Part shown: positions 1-15,889 of the stretch, piece after piece
Layout: each line of letters begins with the position of its first letter
Numbering within the stretch: position 1 is the first letter of the stretch
Source of the DNA: the human T2T-CHM13v2.0 reference genome, Homo sapiens
Length of the DNA stretch: 64,000 nt
Direction: 5' to 3'
NCBI GenBank assembly: GCA_009914755.4
Contig: CP068257.2
Span: forward strand, 29,568,001-29,632,000
Program-made: the position numbers and the translations under genes
Notes under the pieces: model-generated
The model's database searches: none
Told to the model about the DNA's origin: nothing
What the model saw: the letters and a program-made list of their open reading frames with translations, nothing else

Positions 1-72
1 TGAGCCAAGATCGCGCCACTGCACTCCAGACTGGGCAACAGAACAAAACTTCATCACAGAAAAAAAAAAAAG
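1..72 (+). mobile_element. Alu 3' end fragment with A-tail, cut by the window edge.
   Basis: gagccaagatcgcgccactgcactccag...caaaact...aaaaaaaaaaa. Confidence 0.8.
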
Positions 73-1971
73 TGATATCTTTATATTTACAAACCTTAAA
101 CTGAAAATCAGCATTTCCTTTTATCCTAAATGAATGTAGGCAACAAACATAGTAATAGTAGCAGTGCCTGTGACTCCGTCACGAATGGAAATCACAGTTA
201 TTTTCATATCATGTTTTAGCTGCTGCTAGTGTCTCAAAATATTATTTATGCTCATCGTTACCTCAGAACAGTGGTAGCTATTAGATCTACTGCTAGGTCT
301 TGTAATTTAATGGTCTAGCTATTAGGTCTATGTCTACCTATTAAGCCTTATAATTTAATAAGCTAATAAATAAGAACATATATTACCAATAATTCAAAAA
401 ATATTTTTGAGAACTATTTCAATATATTTAGGGCACAGGTAAGCCTATGTATTCTATTTTACGCGATTGAAAATATCATTCTGAGAAGGGGTCTGGAGGC
501 TCCACCAGGCTACCAAAAGTATCCAAAGGACAAAATAATTAAGAACCTTGGTTGAAACAGAGGTTTTGCAAGACTGTGGCATTTGCATCCTTACAGATCT
601 ATGGGCTGGAGACCTTCTGCAACAGGCCAAGAAATAATACCATGGTCTCCCTGTACTTAAGATTCTTTTAAAATACATATATAGCTATCTGCATACAAAA
701 ATTGTAGATCCAAACAGACTAAAGAGACCACACAATGGGCAAGGCTTAAAAATAATGAGTCCATACAATTTCAAAAACTATGTCTGAAGTACCTATACCT
801 CTTATGTGAAAAATATGAGGAACATGGAACCTGGTTAGGCATGATCCCTATAATTCAGGATGCAAAATACTCATTAACCCCAAGATGCAAAATATATAAT
901 CTAATAACTCTTCTAGTGTTAGCAGGAAAGCACTTCCCTTTTTTAAGTAAGAAAAAAGGGTTTTCTTTCCTTTACTCATACAGCAGCACCAAGACTGGCC
1001 TTTTCCCCAGGCCAGAAAAAGAATACATCAGCCCTCTCTGTTAAATGTACTGAACACAGAACAGTTACTGATTTAAGTGATAGTTGGAAAAGGGCTCATT
1101 ATTTTGATAATCTTCTATTGCATAACGTGCTATAAGTGTTACAAAAGCACACGCTCTCTTACATTTCCTTAAAAGCCCTTAAAGGGGCACAAGGTAACTT
1201 TTCAGATAACAGAAATGTTCCAAAGCATGATCACAGCAGTGGAAACAAGACTGTATACATTTGTCAAAACTCATTGGATTGTGTCCTTAAAGTTGGCAAG
1301 AGTTTCCTTAAATGTAAAGTATACCTCAATAAAGTTGACTAAAAACACAATTTCCTACTCATTTTTAAATCATGCTTCCCTTTTCCAAAAAGAGAATAAT
1401 ACTTGGGTTTAAATGTTCAGTTCCGCTTTCTGTGGTGAAACCCTCTCTGAAGTCACTGTTATTCACACATCCATGGCAAGCAGTCAGAGCCCCCAGAGGA
1501 ATGACTAAGAACAGAGAGAGCACAGGAACTCCAAAATAGAGGCGCCTTGCTCCCAAAATGTTTCTTTCCTGGAACTGACAAACGCACCACTTTGCTAAAG
1601 AGCAAAGAGCTTGTCACTGGGCTTACTGCAATAACAACCATTGTAATTTACCAAGTAAGCATATTATCTCTAATCTTTGTAAAATCCTAGAAATTAAGTA
1701 TTAGCATTTCATTTTTTTTTCTTGGCTAGTTCCATATGATTAGTAAGCAGGTCTGATTCAGAACCCCAGTCCCATAAGTATGTTCAAACTCAAATATATG
1801 TAAATGTCCCCGAGAAGCTATATAAATACAGTTCCAAAAGACTAGGACATAGATGGCAGCTTTTTTCACCCAACAAGATTTGATCCAGCAGTTTCAACAT
1901 GGCTACGGATGTCACACAAAATTAGAATTAGCACTGTTTTCTGTAACAACAACCAGCTGATTTTTAAGTCA

Positions 1972-2330
<359 letters not shown>

Positions 2331-2628
2331 AGATTGCCAATGCAAGGAAAGCTAGTATTATAATAATGACTAAAGTTCTATCTAAGAGATAGCTCTAGAT
2401 TTTGATTTGTCATGATAGCACTGCACTGCTTCGTGCGTAAACAAAGGTGATCATTCCACTCTGGAATACTGAGCTAAGTAGGGCCATCTCCACCAACTTA
2501 AGGGCTATGAATGAAGCTCATTTATTTTTGAACTCGTTCCACTCCACCAACTACAATTAACACGAGAACACTCATAATTTGAAGATAATCTCCCATAAAG
2601 TGTGCTTGGACAACAGTCATAACATTAC

Positions 2629-2733
2629 CAGCTCATAGATGTCTTCCTCGGGCTGTGGAACATAGAGCTGCATTTTGTTTTCTATTAGAAATTTCAGGCG
2701 CAGGTAATGAGCAGAATGATCCAGTTGATGTGT
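2629..2733 (-). CDS. TIAM1: TIAM1 coding exon (105 nt), the end of the Ras-binding domain: THQLDHSAHYLRLKFLIENKMQLYVPQPEEDIYEL.
   Basis: Found by direct translation. The acceptor is ttctttctttctttcttttttgtcccag|ACACAT. The donor is TATGAGCTG|gtaatg. The next exon (LYKEIEICPK..., PDZ) was searched for in 1..2628 and not found, so it is presumably beyond the window. Confidence 0.83.
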
Positions 2734-2856
2734 CTGGGACAAAAAAGAAAGAAAGAAAGAAAATGTCTGTTCAATAGTAAATAGGCACAATTAGTTCTCC
2801 ACCAACATACGATGTATTCCTATGACCAATAGAGTTTGTTGTTGTTGTTGTTGTTG

Positions 2857-3144
<288 letters not shown>

Positions 3145-5404
3145 AATAGAAATTTGATGCTGAATGGGGGTATAAAGTTTCTATACTTCTTAAAAAGTTT
3201 ACATCGTAAATGCAAAGTTTTAAAATAACTTTCATTGAACACACTGGTAACATTCCAAGGGTATCTTAGGATTCAATGGAAACAACTGACTCACATCTCC
3301 ACGCCTCCTTATTTGATTCATTGTGCTCTCTAACACTGGTAAAATTTTCAACACAACACAGCAGATCAAAAAGGTTCTTAAATATAACTTCATAGATAGG
3401 TGATTAAAGAAAAGGGTAACAAGAAAGGTAAGAAAATACTGTATTTACAATGAGAGAAAAAAGCTGTGCCCAGGCAAAGTTGTTTTTTTAACCACATAGG
3501 GACAGTGGGACAGTTGTTAACAGTTCATTTGCAAGCGAGTCAGTGTGAAGACAAGGCTTTTGGACTTCAATCTTATTTATATACTCCCCAAGTGAGACTC
3601 CCTCCAGGGGCAGTGCTAATAGGCGTGTGTCCAACTATGGAAACACACTGAATGACTCGCTCAAAGAAAACAATTCTAAAATTGAAATTTTCAAGGACCC
3701 TTTAGTCCAGGATGGAACAATAGATTTTTTCTTCCTGTCTAAAAAGTAATCTTTGAATTAATTTTGAGGAATAAGTAATAATACCAACATGGTTTTATAA
3801 ATCATTCTCAGTAGACAGTCAAGAGGATACAGGGAAAAAAAGAAAATGCTCTCCAAAAGTTACACAGCAACATGAAAATATATTGCTAGAGAGAAAATGT
3901 TTAAACCAAGTGATTTTTTTAAGCATCCTTATCTTTTAGGGGTACATCCTAAAGCGCTAATAGATAGAAATGATATAATGTCTGGAATTTGCTTCCAAAA
4001 CAAATAAGAGTTGGGGGTGGGAGTGAGTAAATCGATAAAACTTAATTTGATCATTACAGATGCTAGGTGATAGATACATGAGAATTTATTACATTGTTCC
4101 CTACTTTTATACAAATTGGACATTTTTCACAAAATAAATATAAAACCTCTTCACATTCAAAGCTCTGCAGGTGAGAATTATTTCAAAATAAATAAAGTTA
4201 ATTTTAACTGGTTCAGTACTCTTTCTACTTACCCCACCCTCAAAATAATATTTTTAAAGCCAAACTAACAGCATTCCAATAACCATTCCAGTAATATATA
4301 TTCAGTTACACTTAACGAACTCTTAGATACGCCAGACACCATGTGCAGTAGTGAGAATACAGAAACTAATACAACATAAATGCAGTCTTCAGGAGTGTCT
4401 GCAGCTGCAGGTAAAAGCTATGTAGATGTGGAAGGTGAGGCAGCAGTGGTTTAGCATTTTAAATAAATATGTACATGCAGGACAGGCAACCTGCATTCTT
4501 GTAAAAGCACATTTCCAGAAAGTGGAAATGAGTTCACTCTGAACACATAGCAGAAGGATAAAGTTTTCTATCAGTGATTCTTGGGAACCCCAACCTTTCT
4601 CCTCTCCTGAGTAATATGATAGTTTGCAGCCTGCTGTGCCAGACACAGATGCCATTCACCGAACATGTCCCAGTGCACCTGGCTTTTGTCCTTTCACTGC
4701 CTATATTTGAGACCAGATGCTCAATGTCTGACAGATCCAAGATTGTTGATGTCAAAGATAATAAGGCTGGAGGCGAAAGCCCAGGGAACATAAAACAGGA
4801 ACTTTTTAAGTGTGCTACTTACTGCTGGAGAATCATCAAGATAAATAAACAACAACAAAATACTAATATTTAGGGTGATGTGATGAGCAAGAAAAGTTTT
4901 CCTAAGAGAGATCGAAGCTGCAAATGTTTCCCACCTACCTGGGTCCTCACTGAAATCTTTAATTAGAAGCAAAAATTTTGGTTCACCATCTGTTTCCGAC
5001 TGAGGCGGAAGGGAAAGAAATGAAATTTCATGGGTTCTTAGTAACAGGAACAAATTCACTTGGAAACCTTATCATCATCATTAATAAACACTTTGTGGGC
5101 ACTCCTTAATGAGACTGCCACTGAAACAGACTGTCTTCCAGAAATCAGGCCAAAACAGCAACCTCACCCAAGAAGTTCTGGTTCCTGAAACTTCAGTGTG
5201 AGAGACAGCCCACTGTCAGGCACAAATAGCCTAAGGTGGTCCTGGTGTGGACTGCGGAGAACTGCAGCATCCCCTAAATGCTACAGTACTGAAAACATTT
5301 ATACAAACATGCAGAGAATGTCAAGGCACCTCACTTGAATTGTGTAATGCATTGCAGAGAACTAAAGAATGATAAATATAGCAATGGTAATAAGAATGAT
5401 TCTT

Positions 5405-5700
5405 GGCTGGGCATGGTGGCTCATGCCTGTAATCCCATCACTTTGGGAGGCCAAGGTGGGCTAGTTGCTTAAGCCCAGGAGTTTGACCAGCCTGGGTAAC
5501 ATGGTGAAACCCTGTCTGTATCAAAAATACAAAACTTAGCCACGCATGGTGGGGTGAGCCTGTAGTCCCTGTAGGCTACTCAGGAAGTTGAGGCGGGAGG
5601 ATTGCTTGAGCCTGGGAGGGCAAGGCTGCAGTGAGCTATGACTACACCACTGTACTTCAGCCGGGGGACAGAGTGAGACCCTGTCTCAAAAAAAATTAAT
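5405..5700 (+). mobile_element. Alu
   Basis: ggctgggcatggtggctcatgcctgtaatccc...gagaccctgtctcaaaaaaaa. Confidence 0.9.
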
Positions 5701-7471
5701 AAATAAGTAAAAGGAAAAAAAGATTATTGCCACAAACCATCATATTTTTCAAACTTCTTTAAGTTACAATAATGTCTTGATAACTTTAAAAAATAAAAAT
5801 CAGCACAAGCAGCAAACATGAAAATTATAATGGTCTTACTTGTAACTTAAGAGCCCTAATTTTGGTCAGTAAATAGTTACTCTCAAAACAGGACATTGGA
5901 TCAAAATATATACCAGTGTGTCTTACTATTTTGGTAAAAGTTTCTGAATTATGAGCCCTTGTTAATCACGGCTGGTCTAACATAAAAATAAAATCCTAAT
6001 GAATTAATTAAATCAGATCATCAGAACGATCAAGAAGAATTTTATGCTCCTTAGATACCTGTTAGTCAATATCAAAGCAAGTCAAACAACTAACCATGTT
6101 CAGAATACATCTTTGTGCAAAGGAATTTCAAATGTTAATGAATATTTAAACATAGTAATTCTAAATGTGTGGCCTTGCTTTAGACATAAAACATTCAAGT
6201 GAAAACTCAAAAGAAAATTGAGACTCGTAAAACATTCAAGGAAAATTCAGTTAGGAAAAAATTTAAATGGTATAAATTTGTTTTCCAATGTACATGTACT
6301 TAAGTTACTTAGCATTTGATGCATTTTGAGGCAATGCAGCCGCAAATTATACCCTAAGTATTATGGTACAACAATTTTTAGTTTAGTTGGCATAATTTTT
6401 TAAATTCGCATCTTACTATGACTATTTCAAAGGATGAAACAGCAAAACACAATGTAGATATTTTCAGTAAATAGTTTGCACCAATTAAAATAGATAACAT
6501 GTCTCAGAATTTACTGCCTTAGAGCTCCTAATCCATTATGTTTTGCTATTTTTCTTCATATTCTTCCATTTCAGTCAAACTTCTAGAAGACATACAAACA
6601 TGCAATTACTGCATACACAAATGCAAACATGTAGTCACTGCATACAGAAATATGTATACACACACACACACACAAAGTGCTATTGTAGAATTTCTAAAGA
6701 TATTTTCCCTCCCCTTCAAAGTAACCTTTTCTTTCTCTAAACGCCAATGGTTATAGCATATCCAAAGCCACAGAATGACGTAGTAAAAGCATGAAATAAA
6801 ACTGACACATGGTCACATGTGAATAATATCAGTAGGTATAAATGAATGAAAATATGTTGCAATTATTTTTGTAGTTGTAACGATCAGAATATATCCAAAA
6901 CCTACAGGGCAACATGGTTACCTGCTATATTTAGCAACAATCATTCCAGTAACATCTGTGACATGAATTGTATATGAAATGAAGATCTTGAAACATTTAC
7001 TATACCAGAACTTGACTGGTGCTCAGATGGCAGATGGCAAACTGATGTGAAATGATGTGGATCAGATAGAATAGGAAAGAGAATGAGCTGAATGCAAGAG
7101 ACAGAAGAAACAGATTGATTATTAAATATTAGAGAAAGCATCTATCACCAAACATTGAGAATAACAATAATGAAACAAAAGACAGGCATTTTTACAATCA
7201 TGTTTGTTTTCAATGAGGAAAAAAAAACCATTCGCCATTATATCAGATTGTTAATAACATGGGACACTGTTTTCCCCATTATCTCCTTCCCTCTTAAGAA
7301 TAAAATCAGATCCACTAATTACAATAAGGTGTTTTCCAAGGAAGAAACAAGCTTTAGAAGGCACCTGGCCCTGAGCATACTATATCACTTTTCCTACATG
7401 GGTGCTTTTCCAAAGACCATCAATTTCTGAAATGCACACACAAGTCTTCCAGTTTTAAACTCATGAGATTT

Positions 7472-7609
7472 TTTATGTGTGTGTATTTTTAGTACAGATG
7501 GGGTTTTGCCATGTTGGCCAGGCTGCTCTCGAACTCCTGGCCTCAAGTGATCTGCCCTCCTCAGCCTCCCAAAGTACTGGGATTACAGGTGTGAGCCACC
7601 GTGCCCGGC
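7472..7609 (-). mobile_element. Free left Alu monomer (FLAM-like) with a 12-bp TSD aaactcatgaga.
   Basis: Only left-monomer sequence is present (...ggattacaggtgtgagccaccgtgcccggc in reverse complement). An exact direct repeat aaactcatgaga sits at 7458-7469 and 7611-7622. Confidence 0.75.
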
Positions 7610-9765
7610 ATAAACTCATGAGATAGAAGCTTGTTCCACATCACGTTGTTTTTGCTTTTATTTCTATGTCTTGGGAAAAAGACCTGAAGGCCCAGGGAAA
7701 ATTGGACAGGACTAACTTTTACTGTTGGAGAAAGGGATTTTGTACCTTAATGATGCCATCAGAAACCTTTCAGGTGACAGAAATAAACACTTTAAAGGGG
7801 ATCAGGTCCACTACATTATCTAGATATGGTCTCTAACTGTCAATGACAATACTATTCTTCATTCCCCTAGTTTCTTCCAAAGCAAAAGCTTGAAACATAC
7901 GTAAAGTGGGCCAATCATTCATTGCTTCACTCACTGATCAATCTTCCACCAATCAATGGTAATCGGAAAACTTTGGCTTAACCTTCGATTCCTGATCCAG
8001 TTTAAAGCCAATGTGCACAGGATGCTCCAAAGCCATGTTATTCTTCTGGAAACACCTTCCAGAGTTCGGCTTATACAAAAAAGCCAGAAAGTTCTACTTT
8101 TAACACCTTCATCTGCAGATCTGACAATAACTCTTCAGCTCTGCAGAATGTTAATGGGTCTCTAAAGAATTGTGCTAATTATAAATAAAGGAATGCAGAA
8201 ATCCTCTACAGACCAATTTTGTTAAGTAATTAACATGAAAAAATTGTGAACTGAGATACCATTATCTCCAAAAGCTAGAACCCTCGTACATGAAGGATTC
8301 AAAGCACACAGAGAGGTGATACCATTTATTTTTAGCATCCATGTCAGGGCTGACTTTAGTTATGGCCCAAAACAAGTGATTCTTCTATTTTTCCTCCACA
8401 TACATAAGACATTTTAAGAGGCTAATTTGAGCTGAACTGTCCATTTCTCTGATTCATATGAAGAGCCATGTTTTTTCTTTAAAAAGCCGTCTGTGATTTG
8501 CTTTTTTGAAAATACAAAAATTGCTGATAGTAGAACTACAAAATTGAGGTACTTGCGGAGGTAGTGAAAGTCATTCAGTATTTACAAACATTGTGTTGAA
8601 TGATGAGATCTTTAAAACGTCATTTCATCCATCCAACTTCTTCTAGGATAAAATTGTGATAGAAAAGTTTTTCATTTTTTTTTTTAGCAGCCCCAAAGAA
8701 GACCAATTCACTCCCCTAAGAATATATTCTAGATTCTTCTGAGCCTTACTGATTGTCCTTCCTGAAGACTAACCCAGGTTCTGAGAGTTCTTGTGGACAC
8801 TCGGCACTGCAGGATGCACCCAGCTGTAGAGAAGCCAGACGTGGGTTCAGTCTCTCCTTTGCAACTGACTGTGATGTGAGTTCAGGCAAGCAGCTAAGGC
8901 CCTCTGAGCTTCACTTCCTCCATGTGTACAATGGCAAAGTCTCAGCTCTTTCTCAGGCTCAGACCTGATACGACTACGACATAGAACTATTAATGCTATT
9001 CATTATGTAAAAATAAAAACAAGCATGCAAGTAAAGTTCTTCTTTCCTCTCTCTCCCCTCACTCAAGACCATTCACCTGGCTGCCCTTCACGGGGAAAAA
9101 TGAAACCAGGTTCACTTTGAAAAAGATCAAGGCATTTCTTCCATGGTTTAAGGTGAAAGAGAAAAGGAGCTCAATCATTTGTCATGTTTCTAAAAAGGCT
9201 AATTCTGTGTTCACAAAAGAAGAATTTCCCATCAATGGAGGTCAAACTTATATTTCCTTCCATTTTCCCCAATTCTAAAGATGCCCATAGTGTATCGGTT
9301 ACTGATTAAAGAGCAGGTGACAGAACAGTACCCATAATATGATGCCATTGAACACATGTATCTGTATGTGTGCGGAAAAAGGAATGAATGGTCAAACGCC
9401 AAAATGTTTGCAATGGTTATTTCTGGATTTCGTGAATAAGAGTGGCCTTAATTTTCTGTTGTGTTCTTCACCTAGATTTTCTAAAAGGTTTGCAATGAGC
9501 ATGTGATACATGCATTAGAAATCTATCAAACACACACATTGAAAGATGCTACTTAGAAGAGTTCCTCTCTTCCCAAAGGTGAAGCATTCACTAATATAAT
9601 TTTGAATATTATCACAAAGGAATGCAATGCTGCTCCGAAATGAAAGGGAGGTGTGTTTTAAGCACCTTCCTCTCCCACACGGCTCTGGGTTTCCACATGT
9701 GCCTTAGAAGATTGCTACACCCCATTCTGCTCTTCTTGGAGAAACAACCCAAAGCAGCTCCATAC

Positions 9766-9936
9766 CTTGCAAATCAGCTCCAGGGTGTCCCGTGCAGTGT
9801 CGCCTGGCCGGACGACCGTCAGGGCAGGCTGATTATTGGGCAGACAGAACCAGGATGGAGTGAAATACTCGTGGACCCAAATGTCGCAGTCAGGGTTGTG
9901 CTGGTGAACGTTAGGTAAGACCACTTCTTTCTCCCT
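9766..9936 (-). CDS. TIAM1: TIAM1 coding exon (171 nt), the start of the Ras-binding domain: REKEVVLPNVHQHNPDCDIWVHEYFTPSWFCLPNNQPALTVVRPGDTARDTLELICK.
   Basis: Minus-strand ORF 9715..9924 covers most of it; the track's M is a GTG Val. The acceptor is ctttatttcttgttatag|AGGGAG. The donor is TGCAAG|gtatgg. Confidence 0.86.
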
Positions 9937-10217
9937 CTATAACAAGAAATAAAGTTAGCAGGGCAGCAGCAGTGGAGCTCTGACAACCCTAGATTCCCAG
10001 ACTGCACACAGGAATCACCGATTCCCATGAAAACAGCCCAGGGCAGAAGCGGAGGCAGTGGTGGGAGGCAGGGGAACCCTTGGAGAGAGAGAAACTACTG
10101 AGAAAGCAGATTTATGGTGCAATGGAGAGATTTCAAACTTCAGCTGTGAGGCAGGCTTCACAACCCACAGCATCCATAGGTGATCACGGCATGAATGAGT
10201 GGGCATCAAAATTTGGA

Positions 10218-10256
10218 AGAAAAGAAAGAAAGAGAGAGAGATAGGGAAGGAAGGAA

Positions 10257-10328
<72 letters not shown>

Positions 10329-10348
10329 GAGAAAGAAGGAAGGAAGGG

Positions 10349-10379
<31 letters not shown>

Positions 10380-10456
10380 AAAAGAAAGAAAGAAAGAAAG
10401 AGAAAGAAAGAGAAAGAAAGAAAGAGAAAGAAGGAAGGAAGGGAGAAAGAAAGAAA

Positions 10457-10503
<47 letters not shown>
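10218..10503 (+). repeat. (AAAG)n tetranucleotide microsatellite, about 285 bp, with AAGG and AGAG interruptions.
   Basis: gaaagaaagaaagaaag... repeated throughout. It produces the long K/E/R-rich and F/L/S-rich artefact ORFs at 10195-10954 on both strands. Confidence 0.95.
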
Positions 10504-12185
10504 GTCACCATTCAGCTCAGCTTTATGGCTCTTATTTCTTCCACAAACTCATTTCAAGTTTCAAGCAGGGAATTCCTACAACAAGCACATCTGCCATGAG
10601 AACTTTACAGTTCAAAGCAATGGTGAAGCCCCAATCATTTTTTTTTTTCAAAAAGATCATGTTTTAGCACTACATATTTATATTTATATTTATAGACAGC
10701 ATCATTTTTGTGCTCTCCTTGGACCTTCAGCACGACCCGGCGCCAGAGACAATTCAGTTTTCTGGAGGTCAAAGAACTTGACGGATAACATCATGGCACA
10801 ATGTAGCAAAAACAAGCCTCCTTTGCTGCCATCACTGTATCCTCTCCATCACTGCCTGAGGACCAGGGAGTGGAATGAAGTTTGTGAATGTGGGAGAAGG
10901 GTCGGAAGTCCTCCTTTAGCAGCTGGGTTAAACCTAAGCAAGCTAAGCAGATGAAGCAGAGGATGTTCCTTAGCTTGATATAATGTTACTTTCCTTAGAT
11001 TGATACAATGTTAGGAGCCCCGCGAAATAAGCAAGGAAAGAATGATGTTAGATTTCAGCAATGTAAACATAATATTGATGCTCAATATATGCTAAGTAAT
11101 AGGCCTTCATTATTGATTTATAACCAGGCCACTAGTTGGTAAATATGTATCTACTGATGACCAAGAACAAGGCTGGTATCAGCAAATTACAAGAAGGAAC
11201 AAATTTCCCAATGAAGGCTGAGAGGTGGTAATATAACCTCCATTCAAAAGAAGAATGGAATCCAAGAATGGGGGAAACGTTTTCGTAAAAGCCATTCAAC
11301 TAAATCCAACTGGGGAAGATAATTTCAGCCTCGCCTTTGAACAGAGTTGCTTTAGCAGATAAGCTGGACTCCAGGGAAGGAATTGTCAAAAAGCAATCAA
11401 CATACCTAAATCCCATTAAGTATAATTGGAATATTCAGACTCTGTTCCAGTGTGCCACATTAAATAAATGCCCCTTAGCACTGGATCAACCCAAGTTTTG
11501 CATCTAAACACTCTGAGAACAAGGCATTCTAGCCAGGATGTGGGAGAAAGACGTACCTTAGAAAAATGGAAAACCAAAAATGCTACACAGAAATCCAATG
11601 GAAAAACTTTCGCAGTTTCCAAGTTCTGTGGTCTAGAGAAGATATCTCAGTATTAAATGTGGACTAATAATGGTATGCAAGATGAACTGGCCAACCTCAG
11701 AAATGACCAAGTTAACATCAAAAACTATGCTTGGATTGCACATAGGCCCAAAAACTGAATTTCTTCAAATTTCATCAGACAGAGATGCTCAGACAGTGGC
11801 CATGGATGAGTATTTCCAAGGACAGTGGCCTTTATATCCAGGATAGCATCATTCATGAGTAGTTTGTGTATGAAGGAAAGAAAAGGCCTTCCCATGGCCA
11901 CTCTTCTCTCTTCCCCTCCAATAGCAGAACTCCCCATGGCACTCTGGATTCTGAAGCTCAGCTCCATCTACAACATGGGGCTGAGCCACTGATGACTGAC
12001 ACTACTTGGATGCATGGCAACTGAGGGCTGAATTCTGTCATATTGATTCTGAGCCCAAGAACCAGAGGATCCCACCAAGGTCACATTATCAACATCAGAC
12101 CATCCCCCATCCCCCACACAAACAGGCTCCCAGTATCACTACTAGGGTCTTGAAAACGAGAGACGTCTATTTATTTAGAGGCTGA

Positions 12186-12801
<616 letters not shown>

Positions 12802-13086
12802 CTATTCAGAACCCAAATTTCCTCTTACATTCTAGTTAGAAACTCACACATCAAATGGTAAGTATGGGAAATGTTATGTCAGCAGGAGAATGTTCCCTCT
12901 ACCACTCAGTTTTAAATATAAAATGATTTTCCATCTCTTGTTGACTTATTACATAACTTTTAAAAACTGATTTCAGTTTTTAATATTGAGTTTACTTAAT
13001 TTTAGTAGCTCAAGACAACACTGCACCATGTATATGTTGATGCACTTGTGGTACTTTTAGAAAAGAAAACACACGTTTATTTTTAC

Positions 13087-13161
13087 CTTGCCATCTGGAA
13101 CAATGTCATCAAATATTCCCTCTAAAGATTTCTTTACAGCTTCGGTTCCCTCTCCAAACAC
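13087..13161 (-). CDS. TIAM1: TIAM1 small coding exon (75 nt): VFGEGTEAVKKSLEGIFDDIVPDGK.
   Basis: Found by direct translation of the minus strand. The acceptor is tatatgcag|GTGTTTGGA. The donor is GATGGCAAG|gtaaaa. It is in-frame and bridges exactly between ...SINQ and REKEVVLPN... Confidence 0.82.
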
Positions 13162-13436
13162 CTGCATATACAAAAGTACCACCTTAAAAAGGAATCTGGG
13201 CAACAGGGCAAACGAAACGTAGGAAGGGGGAAGGAAATGGGCATGGCTATGACAAAACCTTACACACGTGTTCAGATACTCCTACATCAAATCCCAAAGC
13301 AGGTACAATAATTTATGGGAGCAGACCTGGAAAAACACATCCCTCTATCTAGATCACTTCCCTACGTGTTTGACAGTTGGAAAAAAAAAAGTTTGCTCTC
13401 AAATATGGATAATTCATCTCTACTTAAAGAAAATAG

Positions 13437-13722
13437 GCTGGGCATGGTGGCTCATGCCTATAATCCCTAGCACTTTGGGAAGCTGAGGCGGGAGGACTGC
13501 TTGAGCCTAGGAGTTTGAGACCAGCCTGGGCAATATAGTTAGACCTCATCTCTACAAAAAAAAAAAAAAAAAAAGAATTACATTAAATTAGCCAGGCATG
13601 GTGGGGTGCACCTGTAGTCCCAGCTACTCCTGAGGCTAAGGCAGGAGGATCACAAGATCACATCACTGAACTACAATCTGGGCAACAGAGGGAGACCTTG
13701 TCCCAAAAAAAGTAAAAAGAGA
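13437..13722 (+). mobile_element. Alu, the first of a tandem pair.
   Basis: ggctgggcatggtggctcatgcctataatccc...; flanked by (a/c)aatagg repeats. Confidence 0.88.
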
Positions 13723-13730
13723 AAGACAAT

Positions 13731-14081
<351 letters not shown>

Positions 14082-14485
14082 CTAGCAAAAGCAATGAGCT
14101 AGATAAACTCACAATGAAGCATTTCTCCTATAGCCTCATATACCTGACCAGATACTTATAAGTAAAAATCTGCTTGCTTTGTAATACATTCTTAAGTAGA
14201 ATGTGAGAATATTATAGTTTTTTACCTCAACATGGCAACATAGGGGTTTTTTTAATTAAAAAATAGAAAATTGTCTCTTCCTTGAAATGTAATCAATCCT
14301 GCTAACTTAAAGATGCCATGAAAATTAGAATAGGGTAACAATGCCACTAGGTAAGGAAACTCATGGACATGAGGAATTTTGTGATTATCCCTAAAACAAG
14401 AATGTAGTATCAGGATAATGTACACAATTGAGAAAAAGCCTTTCCTCCATGCAAATAAAATATACAAAAACATACAATGTTTTTA

Positions 14486-14613
14486 ACTTTTTTTCGGTAG
14501 AGAAAGCATGTTGCTATGTTGCCCAGGCTGGTCTCAAACTCCTGGCCTCAAAGAATCCTCCCACCTTGGCCTCCTAAAGTGCTAGGATTACAGGCATGAG
14601 CCACCACCCCGGC
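14486..14613 (-). mobile_element. Alu left-monomer fragment (FLAM-like).
   Basis: ...gttgcccaggctggtctcaaactcctggcctcaaagaatcctcccaccttggcctcctaaagtgctaggattacaggcatgagccaccaccccggcc. Confidence 0.75.
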
Positions 14614-14997
14614 CAAAAAAACATAATTTTTGTCCATTTCAAATTATAGAATTAATGACTAAATTCCTACTGGTATGTTTATGGCTAAGCAAAAGGTTCT
14701 TAAAAACTCATACTTTTAGAAAAAATACAAGAATTGTTTCTAAGACATTACATTGTGCTTTGATTTTAGAAAAATGTTAAAACATTCTCTTGAATTCATT
14801 TAAATTCAGTCATATATTTCAGTAGAAAAGGGCGGTAACATAACCTGGTGCCAATCAAGCAGAAGCACATGAACAAAGGGTTTTGTTAGAAAACAAGTCC
14901 AAACTGTGAAGTCCAGAAGCAGTGGGCTGAGCCATCTCTCAGGGCAGAAGACACATACACAATGACACCACCACCTCCCAAAAGAAGAAGAGAAATG

Positions 14998-15334
<337 letters not shown>

Positions 15335-15497
15335 TCAAGTCTCTTTTGTTATTTTTCTGATGAAATGTTGACTTTCCTCCACAGTTTTTTCTTTAGATTT
15401 ACATAAAAGTAAAACCCATGGAAGCAAGCTCAATGATCTACTCTCCCCAAAGATCACAAGACAAACTGCGAAACTGCTTCAGTCTCACACTCGCTTA

Positions 15498-15889
<392 letters not shown>

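Noticed and set aside
10195-10954. Long ORFs on both strands (134, 251 and 101 aa) rich in K/E/R or F/L/S.
   Set aside because: They are pure translation of the (AAAG)n microsatellite and its complement. There is no start context and no complexity.
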